Shown here: positions 14,201-29,200 of the stretch, in pieces
How positions within the stretch are numbered: the first letter of the stretch is position 1
Layout of the letters: each line of letters begins with the position of its first letter
Source: a bacterium
GTDB taxonomy: Bacteria; Electryoneota; Electryoneia; Electryoneales; Electryoneaceae
Assembly (NCBI GenBank): GCA_963669175.1
Contig: OY769902.1
Location: 4,832,001 to 4,896,000 of the forward strand
DNA length: 64,000 nt
Direction of reading: 5' to 3'
The notes under the pieces: model-generated
Seen by the model: only the letters and a program-made list of their open reading frames with translations
Told to the model about the DNA's origin: nothing
Databases searched by the model: none
Translations under genes and position numbers: made by a program

Positions 14201-17200
14201 ACACCATTGGTCTGTGTAACAGAAATACCGTAAACCTGGAAACCTGTCAACATGCCATCAAGGTTATACAAACAGTAGAGCACGTCACTTCGGTTAAAGA
14301 GCAGATCTTCGTGACCATCGCGATCAATATCAGCCGTCTCGATATCAGTATACCCTGTTCCTCCTCCAAACAAATGATGGTACGTGAAGTTCATACTACC
14401 ATCATTTTCCCACCATACCGAACCGCTGGTCGCTGGATTCACTCCGGCAATATGCCAGTTATCAGATCCATCAAGCTTGAGCATGCTGATGTCGGGAATA
14501 CTGGTTTGCGAATATTCGATCCCGTGCTCGATCATTTCATCACCAGTGCCCTCCATCCACCAGACACTCGGTTCGCCAGCGTCTGCCGTACCGTTACAGA
14601 CAATATCCAGGTAACCGTCCTGATCAAAGTCCAACACCTCGATATTGTCCACCGGCCAATCGGCGTGTATAAACTGGACGTTATCGCCGATGAAGAACAG
14701 GGAATCGTCGGTGCAACCCAGTACTAACTGAATACTACTGTTTCCCAGGAAATAGCCGACTTCAAAATCCGTAATCGGTCCGGGAACTTCTCCAACCGGA
14801 ACGCCGGTAAATGAACCTGCTCCATCGTTAACATAGGCGATGAGGTAGGGGAATGTATCCCTGCCAATCAAAATGTCGTCGATTCCATCTCCACTGATAT
14901 CACCAAGTTTTACAACGGTTGCGCTGGCCTCGGTGTCATCAATGAGATGATACGTCCATGTCTCTGAATCACTGTCATATTCGTACCAGCCAATCGTACT
15001 GTTTGTATACGAAACGGCAATCATATCCACATCGCCGTCAAAGTCTACATCCTCTGGCAACAGGTCTGAGGCAGCATTGAAGGCGCCCATGATACTGGAT
15101 GCAAATTCGGTTGTCCGTCCTCGCGGATCATTCGGCATGTTGATGGAGAAGCTCTCTTCGCTGTTAGCTTCCATTTCCAGGCCGCTTTCCGCGATAGCGG
15201 TAACATTCCAGTAGTAAAGGCTGTCGTCTTCCAGCCCCGCAAGGTAGAATGAGTCTGCCGGAGTATAGGCAACCTGCCAGGGATCGTACTCGTCACCCGT
15301 AGTCCACTGCACCTTGTAAGTGATGCCGCCAAAGCCCTGTGGGTCCATAGAACTCTGCCAGCGCAGCCAGGTTGAGGATTCCTGAATAACTGAGCCCGCC
15401 AATGGGTAGGTCAGGTCAAACCCGGTGGGCAGGAAATCGCTGGCATCGTTCTCCCACATACTCAGCTTGTTTTCAGACTTCGCTACCGCAAGAAAATCAA
15501 GATCAAGGTCGTTGTCGATATCGGCAAGGAGAACATCTTCCGGCCCACTATCAAATGCAGTATAGACAATACGTGTGAATTCCATATTGCCGTTGTTCCG
15601 GAATTCCATCACGAGATTATCCAGATTAGCACCGGCAAACAGGTCGATGTCACCGTCAAGGTCCGTATCGCCACCATAGACAACGCTGGCGCCGTTCAAT
15701 TGATCTTCGACCAGGTGGTATGTGAAGCTCTCTGATCCATCATTCTCGAACCAGGCGAGAACATCACTCACGAACGCAACAACGGCAAAGTCGACATCAC
15801 CGTCACCATCCATATCACCAGGCCAGATGCGAGACGGCCTGTTCAGAGAATGAGTAATGGCATGCGTGGTAAAGCTGCCTGAACCGTCGTTTTCATACCA
15901 GTTCAGATCATTGTTTGTTTCTCCTGTCGCCAGGATGTCCACATCGCCATCGTCATCCATGTCGACCGGTTCCAGAGAAGTCGCCCCTTCAAGTCCGGCA
16001 TCAATTGTCAATGTTGTCCAGGATGAGCCATTGCCATCATTACGGAACCAGATCAATTCTCCATCCGTGGCCTGGTTGGGAGATCCATTGATCGTCGCCG
16101 CCACGTCAATATCACCATCACCGTCAAAGTCAGCGCCTCGCGCATCTGTTGGCGAATTCAGAGTGCTGTTGATGGAATGGAAGGAGAAGGTTCCACCCTG
16201 GTTTTCCAGCCAGGCGACGGAACCGGCCGCGTTGGGCGCTCTGCCAACGAACAGGATATCATCGTAGGTATCGCCGTTGAGATCACTGACACAAACGTCA
16301 TTTTCAGAGCTTGTCAGGTTGTACAGAAGCTCCTGGCTGCCGAAATAGCCACCGTCGTTTTCGTACCAGACAACGCCATTGCTGGCGCCAGTCGCAACAA
16401 TATCAATGTCGCCGTCATGATCGACATCGCCTGTGCTGACTGCCGTGCCATAGTGCAAGTCCGCATCCACAACTGTCAGCGGATCATTCACGACACCATT
16501 AAGATTGAGGTATAAGCTGTGGGAAGTTTCCGATTCAATACCAAGTCCACTCGGATCATATGCTCTTACTTTCCAGTACCAGAAATTCCGGTCAGCGAGA
16601 TCGATCAGGACGCTCGAGGTATTGGTCAATCCTTCAGTAGAATCCACATTGGAGCTGAACGTGGGCGAGGTGGACCAGATCAGGGTATAGGTTACATCAT
16701 CACCATCCGGATCAATAGAAGCATCCCATGAGCAGGCGATACTGGTCATATCAGTGAGATACTCATCAGCAGGTGAAATTAGCGCAAAGGTAGCAGGCGC
16801 TGTATTGCTGATACCGCCCTGCAAGAACCAGTAGACACCGGCAGTTGTGGTTACCAGCATGTCATCATCACCATCGGCGTCTGCGTCAATTATCTGGATT
16901 TCCGTACAGTTTTCCCCACTCAGCAGGGGATGCCAGGTCATAACGCTGCCATCAATGTTTTCATACCACCCGGCCACCGCTTCATTCCAACTTCCGGCCG
17001 CGATATCAGTATCGCCATCTCCGTCAAAATCGCCGACATTTACACAAGAATAGGAACCACTGCTGAGTTGATGAGAATTGTAGAATGACAACCCGCCATC
17101 ATTTTCGAACCAGATCACCTGGCTACCATTGTAATCCGGGAAACTGCCTTCGCATGCAACCACGATATCTTTATAGGTATCCAAGTTGAAGTCTGCAACT

Positions 17201-20200
17201 GCAACGCTGTGTGGCGCTATCAACGTGGCAATATCCGTATAACCAAAGGTTTCGGCATCGTCATTCTGGAACCAGCCGAGGGTATTTCCAACATAATCCG
17301 GCACGATGATATCTACACCACCCGCGCCATCAAAATCGATCGCTTCGCAATCCCAGGGACCGCTCACATCCCCCGCGTTGCCAACCATGTATTCGGTGAA
17401 GTTTGGCGGTGTTGAGCCATCGTTTTCATACCAGTACACACCACTGGCAGTCTCAAAGGCCGCAATAATATCCAGGTCGCTGTCTTCATCCACATCCCTG
17501 ACTTCGACCCACTGACCGCTCGCGTGCGCACCTAACTCATGGAAAGTGAATGTGCCTGGTGCAGTCTGTTCATACCAACCAACATTTTCGGCAGAGAAGG
17601 AGATAACAGCTACATCGCCATCGCCATCGCCGTCAATGTCATCCACCCAGACGTTTTCGCCAAAGTAAGCATCGATGGTGTGTTCAGTGAAGTTGAAAGC
17701 GCCGTCATTCTCGTACCATGACAGGGAATGTGAGCTTTCCGAGATAACAACAGCATCCATATCGCCATCGCCATCCATATCGAATGGACTGGCGCCGGAA
17801 TGAGTCCCCGGGGTTTCCATAACCAAATACTCATCCAGCAGGACACCCTGGCCAAATTCAGTAGTGAAGGAACGTGCTTCAGATTCCGTCCAGTAGCCCT
17901 GCTCATCGACCGCACGTACTTTCCAGTAGTATGTGGTGAAGTCTTCCAGCGCATAGAGTGGATACTGAAGCTGATCAAGTTGATCAGCATACCCCACGCC
18001 AGTCGTGAATCCTGCATCTAACGCCCAGATCACGGTATAATCAACAGCCTGTCCCTGCGGGTCGATTGATTCTCCCCACTGAAGCGTGACAACGTCATAC
18101 CCGAATGTTTCACCGTTGGTGGGATAGACAAGTGCAGGTACACCAGGCGCCTGTTCCGGAGGTTCGGGGAAGTCATTCAGATAAAGCCTGATGGAATCCG
18201 TTTCCGTACCCACAAGGATATCCAGTGACCCATCATCATCCCAGTCAACCAGGTCCAGCGCAACCGGCGATCCAATCGAACCAAGAGACTCCCTGGTCCA
18301 ACTTAATCCGGTACCATCATTTAAATAGACCGCGACTTCATCAATATCATAGCCTGTGGCAACGATATCGAGATAGGCATCATCGTTAATCAAACCGGTA
18401 CGTACACGCTTGCCGCGCATTCCGGTATCGACCAAAACCGGAATCCAGGATTCATTTCTGTGCATGTAAACAACAAGGCCGGTTCCCGGGGTTGTGGAAA
18501 TCGCAGCCGCATCTGTCACGCCATCCTGGTCGAAATCGCCACCGGCAATATCGTATCCATTGACAAAAGTATCGCAAATGGTTTCAACGGTGAATCCGCC
18601 GGGCTCGTATTGTTCGTAGTATTTCAGGACATTTGATTCATCATAGCCGGACGTTACGACTTCCAGAAGACCGCTCAGGTTCCAGTCGCCGATATCCATC
18701 CCGTAAGCATCGCTTTCACCGATATCTGTCTGGGTCAATCCACCTTCGCCATCAGGTGAAAGTTGTGTAAGTGCACCCTCCAGTGTGGCAACGATATCCA
18801 TCGTGTTGTCAGCGTCAATGTCGACAAACTGGCATTCGAAGGTTCGGCTGCTGCTGATGCTTGTTGACTGATAGGAACCATCACCATTATTGGAATAGTA
18901 AGTATAGAAGCCAACAGCTTGAGTCTTGCCGGCGATTATATCTGTATCACCATCACCGTCGAAGTCTGCTGCATCAACTGAAGTTGCATGTGAAAGGTTA
19001 CCGACACTCTGGAAGGTGAGGAGGCCCTCGTTGTTGATATACCACTGAACCGAGTTGCCCGTGTAATCCGCGGTCAATACATCCAGATCGCCATCAGAAT
19101 CCTCGTCATACCCGACGAGATTGATTATATCACCACCATCATCTACCAGGTCCTGCTGGGTGAAGTGGGATACATCCATATTGAAGAAGTAGATCTGGCT
19201 CGATTGCTGTACATCGCCGCTTGGGTCTTCTGCCACAACCGTCCAGTAATAGGTTCCGTTTGCAAGACCGGTCAATGTGGCGGATGTATCAGAACCGACA
19301 CCTGTCCAGCCAACAGCCTGGGCAAAGGTTGCCAGCGGCGAATAGAACACAGTGTAGCTGGCAGTTTCGCCGTCAGGATCGGATGAACGATCCCAGGTAA
19401 GTGTCACTTCTGAAGTTGTGATGGTTTGATCCGGATACGGTGTTGCCAATTCCGGAATGGATGGCGGGGCGCCATTAACTTCGTCGGTCAGGTTTTCCCA
19501 CCAGTAAACTGCATTGTCCCCAAAGGAAGAAGCCGCAATATCGGCGTCACCATCGGAATCGAAGTCATCAATAACAATATCCATCGGGGAAGCAATTCCG
19601 CCGATGTTATGGGCAGTATACTGGTAGTCCGGCGATCCGAGATTCTCATACCAGTAGACTGAGTTCTGGCTTGGCCACAGAGCGACAATGTCAACGTCGC
19701 CATCTTCGTCAACATCATAAGCTGCCGCCCTGCTGATCCCTGTAGTAATATCATAACAGAGAATCTGATCAACACCAAAGTCGGCATTCCCGGATTCATA
19801 ATACTGGATTGTCATCTTCCCTTCTTCAGGATTAATCAGAAGGGCGTCCAGGAAACCATCCTGGTTCATATCAACCAGGTCACACCAGGTCACACTGGAT
19901 TGCAAGCCATTCGTTGACTGCAGTTCACTAAATGTGCCATCGCCATAATTTTCAATCCAGGCAACAGCAGGGTAATCATTACCACCAAGAAGAATATCCT
20001 CATCACCATCGTTGTCGATATCACCGGCAGCCCCGTACTGGCATCGATAATCTTCCACCAGGTAGTGCTCTATATACTGGGGAACACCATCGATAGACCC
20101 GATGTTCTCCTGCCAGTACACATCGGTAATTTCCATCGAGCTGTTATGAATGATATCCCAGTCGCCATCGAGGTCAAGGTCTGCAACGGCGACAAAAGTA

Positions 20201-23200
20201 GGAGCAAATGCGAAAGCAACATCAAAATCATAGAAACTCATCTGACCACTGCTTATGAACTGGTGAACCAGCCCTACTTCGCCCCCCAGCTCATCGGCAA
20301 TAACAATATCTGGCTGGTTGTTGAAATCCAGGTCAATGATTGCAGGATCCCAGGGCATTGCCATAGAACCTGAAATGGCATCCAATGTCATGGCCATATT
20401 GTCATTGGTATAGGCATGCAGATAGCCTTCATCCTGGCTGGTAACCAGGAGGTCTCTGTCGCCATCGAGATCGATATCACCTGCCGTCAGATAGCCTGGC
20501 GCAGTTGCCGTAAACATGGTCTGCATGGCGAACAACCCGGTCCAGGTAGTGAAGGAAAGCGTATCGCTGGCCCAAGTCATCCCTGTCGACAGGCCATCAG
20601 TGGCCAATACCGTCCAGTGATAGGTCTGGCCGTTTGCAAATTCAGACAGATCTATGGGATACGAATAGCTGTAGACATGAATACTATCCCGATCCGCGGT
20701 CATATCCGGTGAGGTTGACAGGTAGAGCCACCAGGAGAGTGGATCTCCATCCGGATCACCCAGGTTTTCCCAGTTGAATGTTACCGGATCATCTGTGACA
20801 ACAGCCTCATCAAATGGTGAAATCAGGGCGAAATTCCGTGGAGCGTTGTTCGGCGGATCCAAGTCATTCTCGAGGACATAAATGGTGTAGATATCCCCAT
20901 ATCCCCCGGCATAATCACCGAAGAACAGGTCGATATCGCCATCCGAATCGGCATCGCCATGAACAGCCATTTGCGCTGTTCCACCCATTACCATGCCTGC
21001 CATATGCGGTACCCAGGCAGAACCGGAGAGGCTCTGATACCAGACAACAAAAGGCGCCGCAGGTGAAGCAGAATAAGCATCCAGGTAACCATCACCATCA
21101 AGATCAGCTACGCCTATGCTGTTCATGTACGGCATTTCAGCGAAGAAATTCTGGGTGAAACTTTCATTTCCATCGTTTTCCAGCCAGTACATGTATCCTT
21201 CAGAGTCATACTCGGCGACAACGATATCCATGTCGCCATCATCATCCATATCCCCGACAGCCAGTCCCTGAGGCATCGAAAGCGAAGAAGATGGGAGTAC
21301 CTGGTAATAGGAGAATGAACTGCCATTGCTGTTCTGCAGCCAGGCCACGGTTTCGTAACCGTAATCCGTCAGAACGATATCGTTCCAGCCATCTCCGTCC
21401 AGATCTTCGATAACAACAGTGTTGGGAATGCTGATGTTGTAGTCAAGCGATGTGCCCGAGAAGTTGCCGGAGCCATCATTCATCCATCTCGTGAAGGAAC
21501 CACCCATCGCGGTTGTAACCAGGTCGGGATACCCGTCGTTGTCCAGGTCGCCCGTATCAATAGATCGAACTGTGTACTCTCCTTCAATCTGCGACGGGGT
21601 AAATGTCATGTCCTGATCGTTGGTGTACAGGAACATTCCTGAAGCGTCATCTGAAGTCGCAACAATATCCGGGTAGCCATCCTGGTTGACATCCACCGCT
21701 TTAACAAAACGGCCGCTTGGCAGGGAAGGTGTTACCTGAACGTCTGCGTAGCCACCCTGACCATCATTCACATAGACCAGGACATAACCGACCAGGCCCG
21801 CCGGGTTTGTTGCAACAACATCCAGCCAACCGTCCTGGTTAAAGTCGGCGACATCAATAAACGCGGTCGAATCCTGTTCGGCTTGCACAATAGATTGCGC
21901 AAAACTGATGGATGGATCTTCGATTGTGAAAGGATCGCTACTGACAAAATCACCAGACGGAGAAGCCGTGACAGTAATGACATAATCGGATGCTGCGACA
22001 ATTGTATAGTCGTTCATCAATTCCGAGACGTTCCAGGGATACACACCATCTTCAACAGCGATGTCTGAAACCATCGGTGCATCGCTGACTTCTCCCCCAC
22101 TCAGGGTAAAGGTCAGCAGGTCACCCGTAGCCCCGCCGGTCCAGGTAATGGGAACAGTCTGGTCAAAGACGAAGGTTTCACCGCCAGTGGGGTAGGTAAG
22201 CGTAAGAGGATCGTAATCCCCGTTCCAACCGCCTTCCGTATAAATGGCTTCCACCTCGGCAGCGGTCAGCACATCATTGTAGAACCGAACCCCATCAATG
22301 GCGCCGTTGAAGAATTGCATGGCGCCATTACCGTCATCCGAAGTCGCGCCAACGACAAAGTCCGAAGATCCGGTACCCGGTGCGAAGCCGAAGGTATCGG
22401 AAGCATCCAGAACGCCATCAACATACAACAATACCGCACCTGTGCTACCATCAACTGTAGCGGTAACCAGATGCCAACGGTCGAAGCTGACAGGATTAGA
22501 CCCGCCAACAGTACCGGATGCGGCGTTGTTCTGGCTTTCGATATGCACACTCGGGAAACCTTCACCGTCGATGCAGAGACGGAAGGGATCATAAGGCGGG
22601 TTGGTTCCGGAACCACACGTGGACATGATGTAGTTGAAACTGGCATCCGGCAGGGATTCGACTTTCACCCAAGCCGAAGCAGACAGGCTGGTGGGATAAA
22701 ATGCCGCATCGTATGACGTGCGGATCTGGTCATCCGTACCATCGAAATAATAGGCGGCGTCAGTATTGCCGAAACGGTCTTCAACCAGAACCGGGCCACC
22801 GTATTCAGTGGCGTGGCGTTCGTGCCCGCTTGCGTCGTCTGCATCTCCGCTGTAGGGGTAGAAAGCGACCAGATTGATATAAGGGTTGTCTTCAATCGTG
22901 AATGACAACGTATCACTGGCCCAGGTATCGCCACCTATATAACCATCACTCGCCAACACAGTCCAGTAATAAGTCTGGTCAAGAATCATGGTGTCGATGG
23001 CGATTGAGATGTATTCAACATCCGTTGAAATACTGTCACGATCTGTCAACAGATCAGATGTGGTTGAGAAATACACCCACCAGGTGAGGGCATGCCCGTC
23101 CGGGTCACTGTTGTCTTCCCATGTGAAGGAATGTGGGCTATCGGAAATAGTAGCGCCATCAGCCGGACTGATCATGGAAAAAGCTGTCGGCGCGTTATTC

Positions 23201-26200
23201 ACCGGATCCAGATCATTTTCATAGCTGTAGATGGTGTACCCCTGCCCCCCACCCATGCTATAATCACCCAGGAACAGATCGAGGTCGATATCATTGTCCA
23301 TGTCACCGGCAGCCATCCAGACCGGCATGCCCATAATGGCGGCTTCGCCTGCCGCATGAGCTACCCATGTAGTATCGCCAAGCCCTTGGAACCACAAGGG
23401 TATGGGCGCGGACGTGGAGGTTCCGTAAAAATCCGGAATCCCGTCCGCATTCAGGTCGGCAATCCGGAAACAGAACATGTTCGGTACAGCCATGATCATA
23501 TGTGGTGTAAAATTCTCTGAACCATCGTTTTCCATCCAGAAGGGGCCGCCTGTTTCGGCCATAAGCACCAGGCTTATGTCCAGGTCGCCGTCCTGATCCA
23601 AGTCCGCCACATCGGGTGATACCAGGTAGGGGATTTCCAGGCCCGCAAGGAGATCATGCTGCGTGAAGACCTGCCCGCCGCTATGGGAATACCAGTACAT
23701 CGTAAGATTGGAAATGTCAGTCACCAGGATATCCTGGTAGCCGTTTTCATCCAGGTCGGCTACGGCCACGCTGTAAGGCATACCGAGACCACTGGCAACC
23801 TCTGTATAAGAGAACGTCTCGCCATCATCATTCAACCAGAGATCCAGTGTTCCCTGATCAGGATTAGCAGCCACGATATCCGGATAGCTGTTCCCGTCAA
23901 AATCGCCAGTGGCAATACTTTCAGAGGCATACTCCGCTGCAATTTCCAATGACGTGAAAGTGGTATCATGGTTGTTGTAATAGGCGTGTAAACCGAAACT
24001 AAACTCTGTTGATGCAACGATATCCGGGTAGCCATCCTGGTTCAAGTCTACGGTATGGATGAACCGTCCGTTCAGTAACGAGTTTGTAACTTCGTTTTCC
24101 GAATAGCTTCCATCACCATTATTTAAATAGAGGTAGATATAGCCGTCGTTGCCTGCAGGATTTGTGGCAACCACGTCCAACCAGCCATCCTGGTTAAAAT
24201 CACCCACGTCAATAAATGCGGTGGAGTCATGCTCCATCTGGACAATACCGCCAGCAAAGGAGATGGGGATATCGGTAATGGAAAATGTACCGCTGTTGGC
24301 TGAAATACGGGAACCATTCTCAACGATAGTAATCACGTAATCCGATGCCGCAATCGTCTCGGTTTCGTTGAGTGCGTCGGGAATTGACCAGTTGTACGGC
24401 GCTGAATTGACCGACACTCCTGACTCGATTACTTCACCACTGAAGTTCCCCCCGCTGACCATGATGGTCAGGGTTTCACCAGGCGTCGCATTGGACCAGG
24501 TTATCGGGATGAGCTGATTAATGACGAAGCTTTCGCCGCCGATGGGATAATTAACGGTGATGTTTTCGTTAAGTTCGCCGCCTGTTGTATTTTCCCACAT
24601 GGCGATGGCGTTGTCCAACCGCGCCGCGCCCAGCACATCATTGTCACCATCGTTATCGATATCGTCAGCAAAAACACAACGTGCTCCGTTGAAAGTATTG
24701 CTCAGTACATGCTCTGTCCAGTTTTCTACATTATTGGTACCGTCATTCTCCCACCAGGCAACAGTGTTATCCGTAATAGCCGCACCTAGAATATCAACAT
24801 CACCGTCACCATCCATATCCTTCGCATGAATGCCACGTGCATCAGTGAAAGTGCTGGTAACCGTATGCTCGGTCCAGTTGGAAACGACATTGGTACCATC
24901 ATTCTCCCACCATGTTATGGAGTTTGCGTATCGTGCCGCTCCCATTACGTCTACATCACTGTCGCCGTCCATATCTGTCGCGTATACGTGGCGGACTCCA
25001 TCAAAGGCGGCATCAACCGAATGGCCGATCCAGGCAGTACCGTTACCGCCATCGTTTTCCCACCATTTGATTTCATCGCCATACCAGGCGCCGCCCAGAA
25101 CATCCACATCGCCATCGCCATCGATGTCCGTTGCATACACGGTACCGGCTTCTCCGAATGAAGTACCGATGGTATGCTCAGTCCAGTTGGCGACAACATT
25201 CGTGCCGTCATTTTCCCACCAGGTAACACTGCCCACGCCGTCCGGACCACCTCCTGCACCCACGATATCCATATAGGTATCGCCATTGACATCAGCGGCA
25301 TAAACAGCACGTGCCTCATCATATGCACCATCTACATTGTGCGTGATCCATGTCGTACCTGCCCCACCATCGTTTTCCCACCAGGTAATCTGGTCGCCAA
25401 GGGTAGCTGCGCCAAGGATATCAATATCTCCGTCGTTGTCCATATCGGCTGCATGGACACTACGGGTTTCATCGAAGACATTATCTACGGTGTGTTTGGT
25501 CCAGTTAGCGACATCCAGTGTGCCATCATTCTCCCACCAGGCAATCTCATCTCCCAGCAACGCAGCGCCGATGACATCTTTGTCGCCGTCACCGTTGACA
25601 TCGGCTGTGTACACACTTACTGGTTCACTAAAGCTGTTGTCAATTACATGTTCCAGGAAATCAGCATCTGATACGATAAATGACCAGGTTTCTGTTGAAT
25701 AGGTAAGTCCGCCATTCTCATCTTCGGCAAGAATGCGCCAGTAGCGAGTGCCATTTTCCCACCCGGGCAGAGTCCAGCTTGTGCCTTCACCGGCATTTGC
25801 GGAATCCCTCGTGGTAAAGCCCGGATCAGTCGCCCAGACTACCCAGTAGGAAACGGTCGTCTGATCGGGATCGGAGGTTGCTTCCCAGGTTAATGTCGCA
25901 TCATCTGCAACAGTTTGCCCATCTGAAGGTGACAGCAGGCTGAATGCAAACGGATCCGCGCCCTGAACTTCGCCGCCGCCAGTCTGGTTCTCATACCAGT
26001 AGATTGTTTCTTCAAATTGGCCACCACCGTAGTCACCAAGGAATAAATCCATGTTGGAATCGCCATCGGCATCGCCGTGCACCATCCAGACTGCAGTACC
26101 ACTTGGACTGTTAATGGCGTGGGGTGCAAAGCTCATTGAGCCAGTATTCTCAATCCAGTACACATCGTTATAGTCTGAAACAGCGTAGAGATCCTTGTCG

Positions 26201-29200
26201 CCATCGCCGTCCAGGTCCGCTGCGTCTACCATATAAATAAAGCCCGGGCCGGGGAGTGTATGATTGGTGAAGTTTTCTGAACCGTCATTTTCCAGCCAAC
26301 TGACTCCGGTTGAACTCGAGACCTGGCTATAGAGGACATCGAGGTCTCCATCTTGGTCCAAGTCTACTGCCCGGACAGAATAAGCGCCTGACACACCGGA
26401 TTGTAGAACGGTTCCTGAATACGTCCATGGGTCGGAGCCCTGGTACCAAATAATAGCGTGGTCGCCAAGCGAGGTGGCCAGTACGTCCATGATGCCGTCT
26501 TCATCCAAGTCGCAATAGTCAACCGAAGACGGAATATTGATGGTATTCGACACTGTAACCTGAATGAAGCTACCTTCACCATCATACGAGTGGATCAAGA
26601 CTTCATTGTTGTCCGGGTCGACGCTGACGATTCGTTGACGACTATAGTGATCTTCCCCACTGTTGTCGATATAGGTCGCATTGTGGGAGCCGGAAATGGT
26701 CTGTAAGGTGAATGTATCGTCACCGTTATTGATATAGGCCCAGATCCCATCCGTTGTCGAGCAGTATACGATGTCCATCCAACCATCGAAGTCCATATCG
26801 ACCGCGAGCACCTGACGTTCATTCCCCGCAGTTGTAGCTATCGGGTGATATGTCCAGCTCCCCTGGCCATCCCCTTCGTACCATGCCAGATATCCCATCC
26901 CTTCACCGGACGGTGACGTTGCTACGATGTCCAGGTCACCATCGTTATTGAAGTCGGCCACATCAATGAAGCCGGTTGAATCGTTAGTTTGGTCTGCAAT
27001 GTGTTGCGTAAAATCCAGGGGAAGGATAATACCAAAAACACCACTGTTGAATGTTCCACCACCACTCGATGTCAAAGTCAGAACATAATCGAAAGCTTCA
27101 GCCAGGCTGGTGCCGTTTAAGGATTCAGCAATCTGCCAGTTATACACTCCACTTTCGGCATCCACACCGGATGCAATCTGCTCATTGGTGTAATTACCGC
27201 CGGTCAGACTGATGTCAACTGTCTCACCATACTCGCCGCCAGTCCATTCGATGGACACAGTTTGGTCCTGGACAAACATGGCTTCTGCAACAGGAGAAGT
27301 AAAAACCAGAGGTTCATCCAGCTCGAAGCCCCAATTCTCAGTTGAATATGTTGCCGCGCCGAAGCTGTCGACTGCTTTCACATACCATGTGTAGTAGGAA
27401 TACAGGAGACCCGTCAACGTATACGTGGTGTCGGTCCCGACGTAAACAGAATCTGCCTCGCCGTAGAAAAACTCATCCAAACCGCCGCCACCGCCTGCAT
27501 TTTCCTCGTATATGACCCAATACTCCACATTGTCGCCTTCAGGGTCAGTGGAGGAGTACCAAGCCAGATCGGCGCTGTAAACGGTGGATCCATCACTTGG
27601 CGATGCCAGGCTGAACGCGCCGGGGGACAGGTTTGAATCAATCTCCCAGAAATCGACACTGCCACCAAATGTACAGGTTAACAGATCCTGGGTACCATTC
27701 CCATCCACGTCGCAGATTGTCAATCCAGTTGGACCGGAATAAGCATTGTCCAGGGTATGTTCCACGAATGACGCATAACCATCATTTTCCCACCAGGATA
27801 GCGATGCGCCTGTACGTGCAATCGCCGCGATATCAACATCACCGTCATTATCAAAGTCAGCCGGCAGCGCAATTTCAGCCCAGGAGAAGCTGGATGTCAG
27901 AGTGTATTCATTGAATACGTAATCGCCCTGGTTCAGCCAGTAGAAGACCGAATTCAGTGAACGGGAAGTTGCAATAATATCCAGGTTGCCATCTGAATCG
28001 AGATGAGCAGCAGAAACACTATTCAGGCCGGAAAGAACTGAACTGACTACAGTTTCTGTGAAGTCCTGGGCTCCGCCATTGACCCACAAACTGACCTTGC
28101 TACCGGTCATGGACGCGGCAAGCACATCCATATCGTCGTCATCATCAATGTCAACGATATAAACATAATTATACGGTACTGAGCCATCGTCGAATTCATG
28201 CTCAGTGAAAACCTGGTCCCCATCATTTTCCCACCATGACAGCCCACTGGTTGTAGCTTTCGCGCTGACAATGTCCATGTCTCCATCATTGTCCATATCC
28301 GCGGCAACTGCGTGGTACGCGCTGGCATAGGAGTTGGAAATGGTATTCTCTGTGAATTGTCCGGCGCCGTCATTCGCCCACCAGGCAAGCTCACCGCCCA
28401 GGTAGGCTGCGCTGATAATGTCCAGGTCACCATCAAGGTCCACATCAGCCAATGACGTGGAGATAACACCGCTGAAAGTGGAGGTCACAATATTCGCTGT
28501 GAACCCCTGTCCGTTTCCGGGATTCTCCCACCATTGGATCGTATTGCCGGAGTAGCCGGCGGTGACAAAATCGAGATCTCCATCCCCATCAATATCGCCA
28601 GCCACTACATCTTCAGCACCGTCAACACCGAATGCAATTTGTGAAGAGGTCCAGTTGGATGCATCTACCGTTTCGGCCGTAGTAAAGGACCAGATTGGTC
28701 CTTCAACTGTCATGCCGTCAAAGGATGAGACGATCTGCCAGTAATAGGTCGTGTTGGCATCCAACGCTGCATAGGTAATTCCGAATACGTCCTGACTGTT
28801 GGAGGTTCTTTCCCAAATCTGGGTAGAGGGTGGGTAAGAGGTTCCAAAGCAGATATTATAATAGACAGTTGAACCTTCCAGGCGTCCGCCCAGCCAGCTT
28901 AGATCGAAGAATCGGGGTACACCGGTCGCGCCATCTGCCGGGTACGGAGTATTCGGAATATTGATGTCGGTAATAAAGAAGGAACCACTTTCAGCATAAC
29001 CTCCATAATAATCAGAGATCCACAGGGCATAAGAACCGTATTCAGTTAAATCTTCAACACTTATGGTCCATGTAAAAGAAGTTTCCGTTAATCCTGTTGC
29101 AATCATCGTTTCGTTGCTGAGCATAATATCGTAGGGACTTGATCCTCCCGTCCATTCAATTGTTACTTCATCACCGACAGCGTAGGTTTCTTCACCTACT

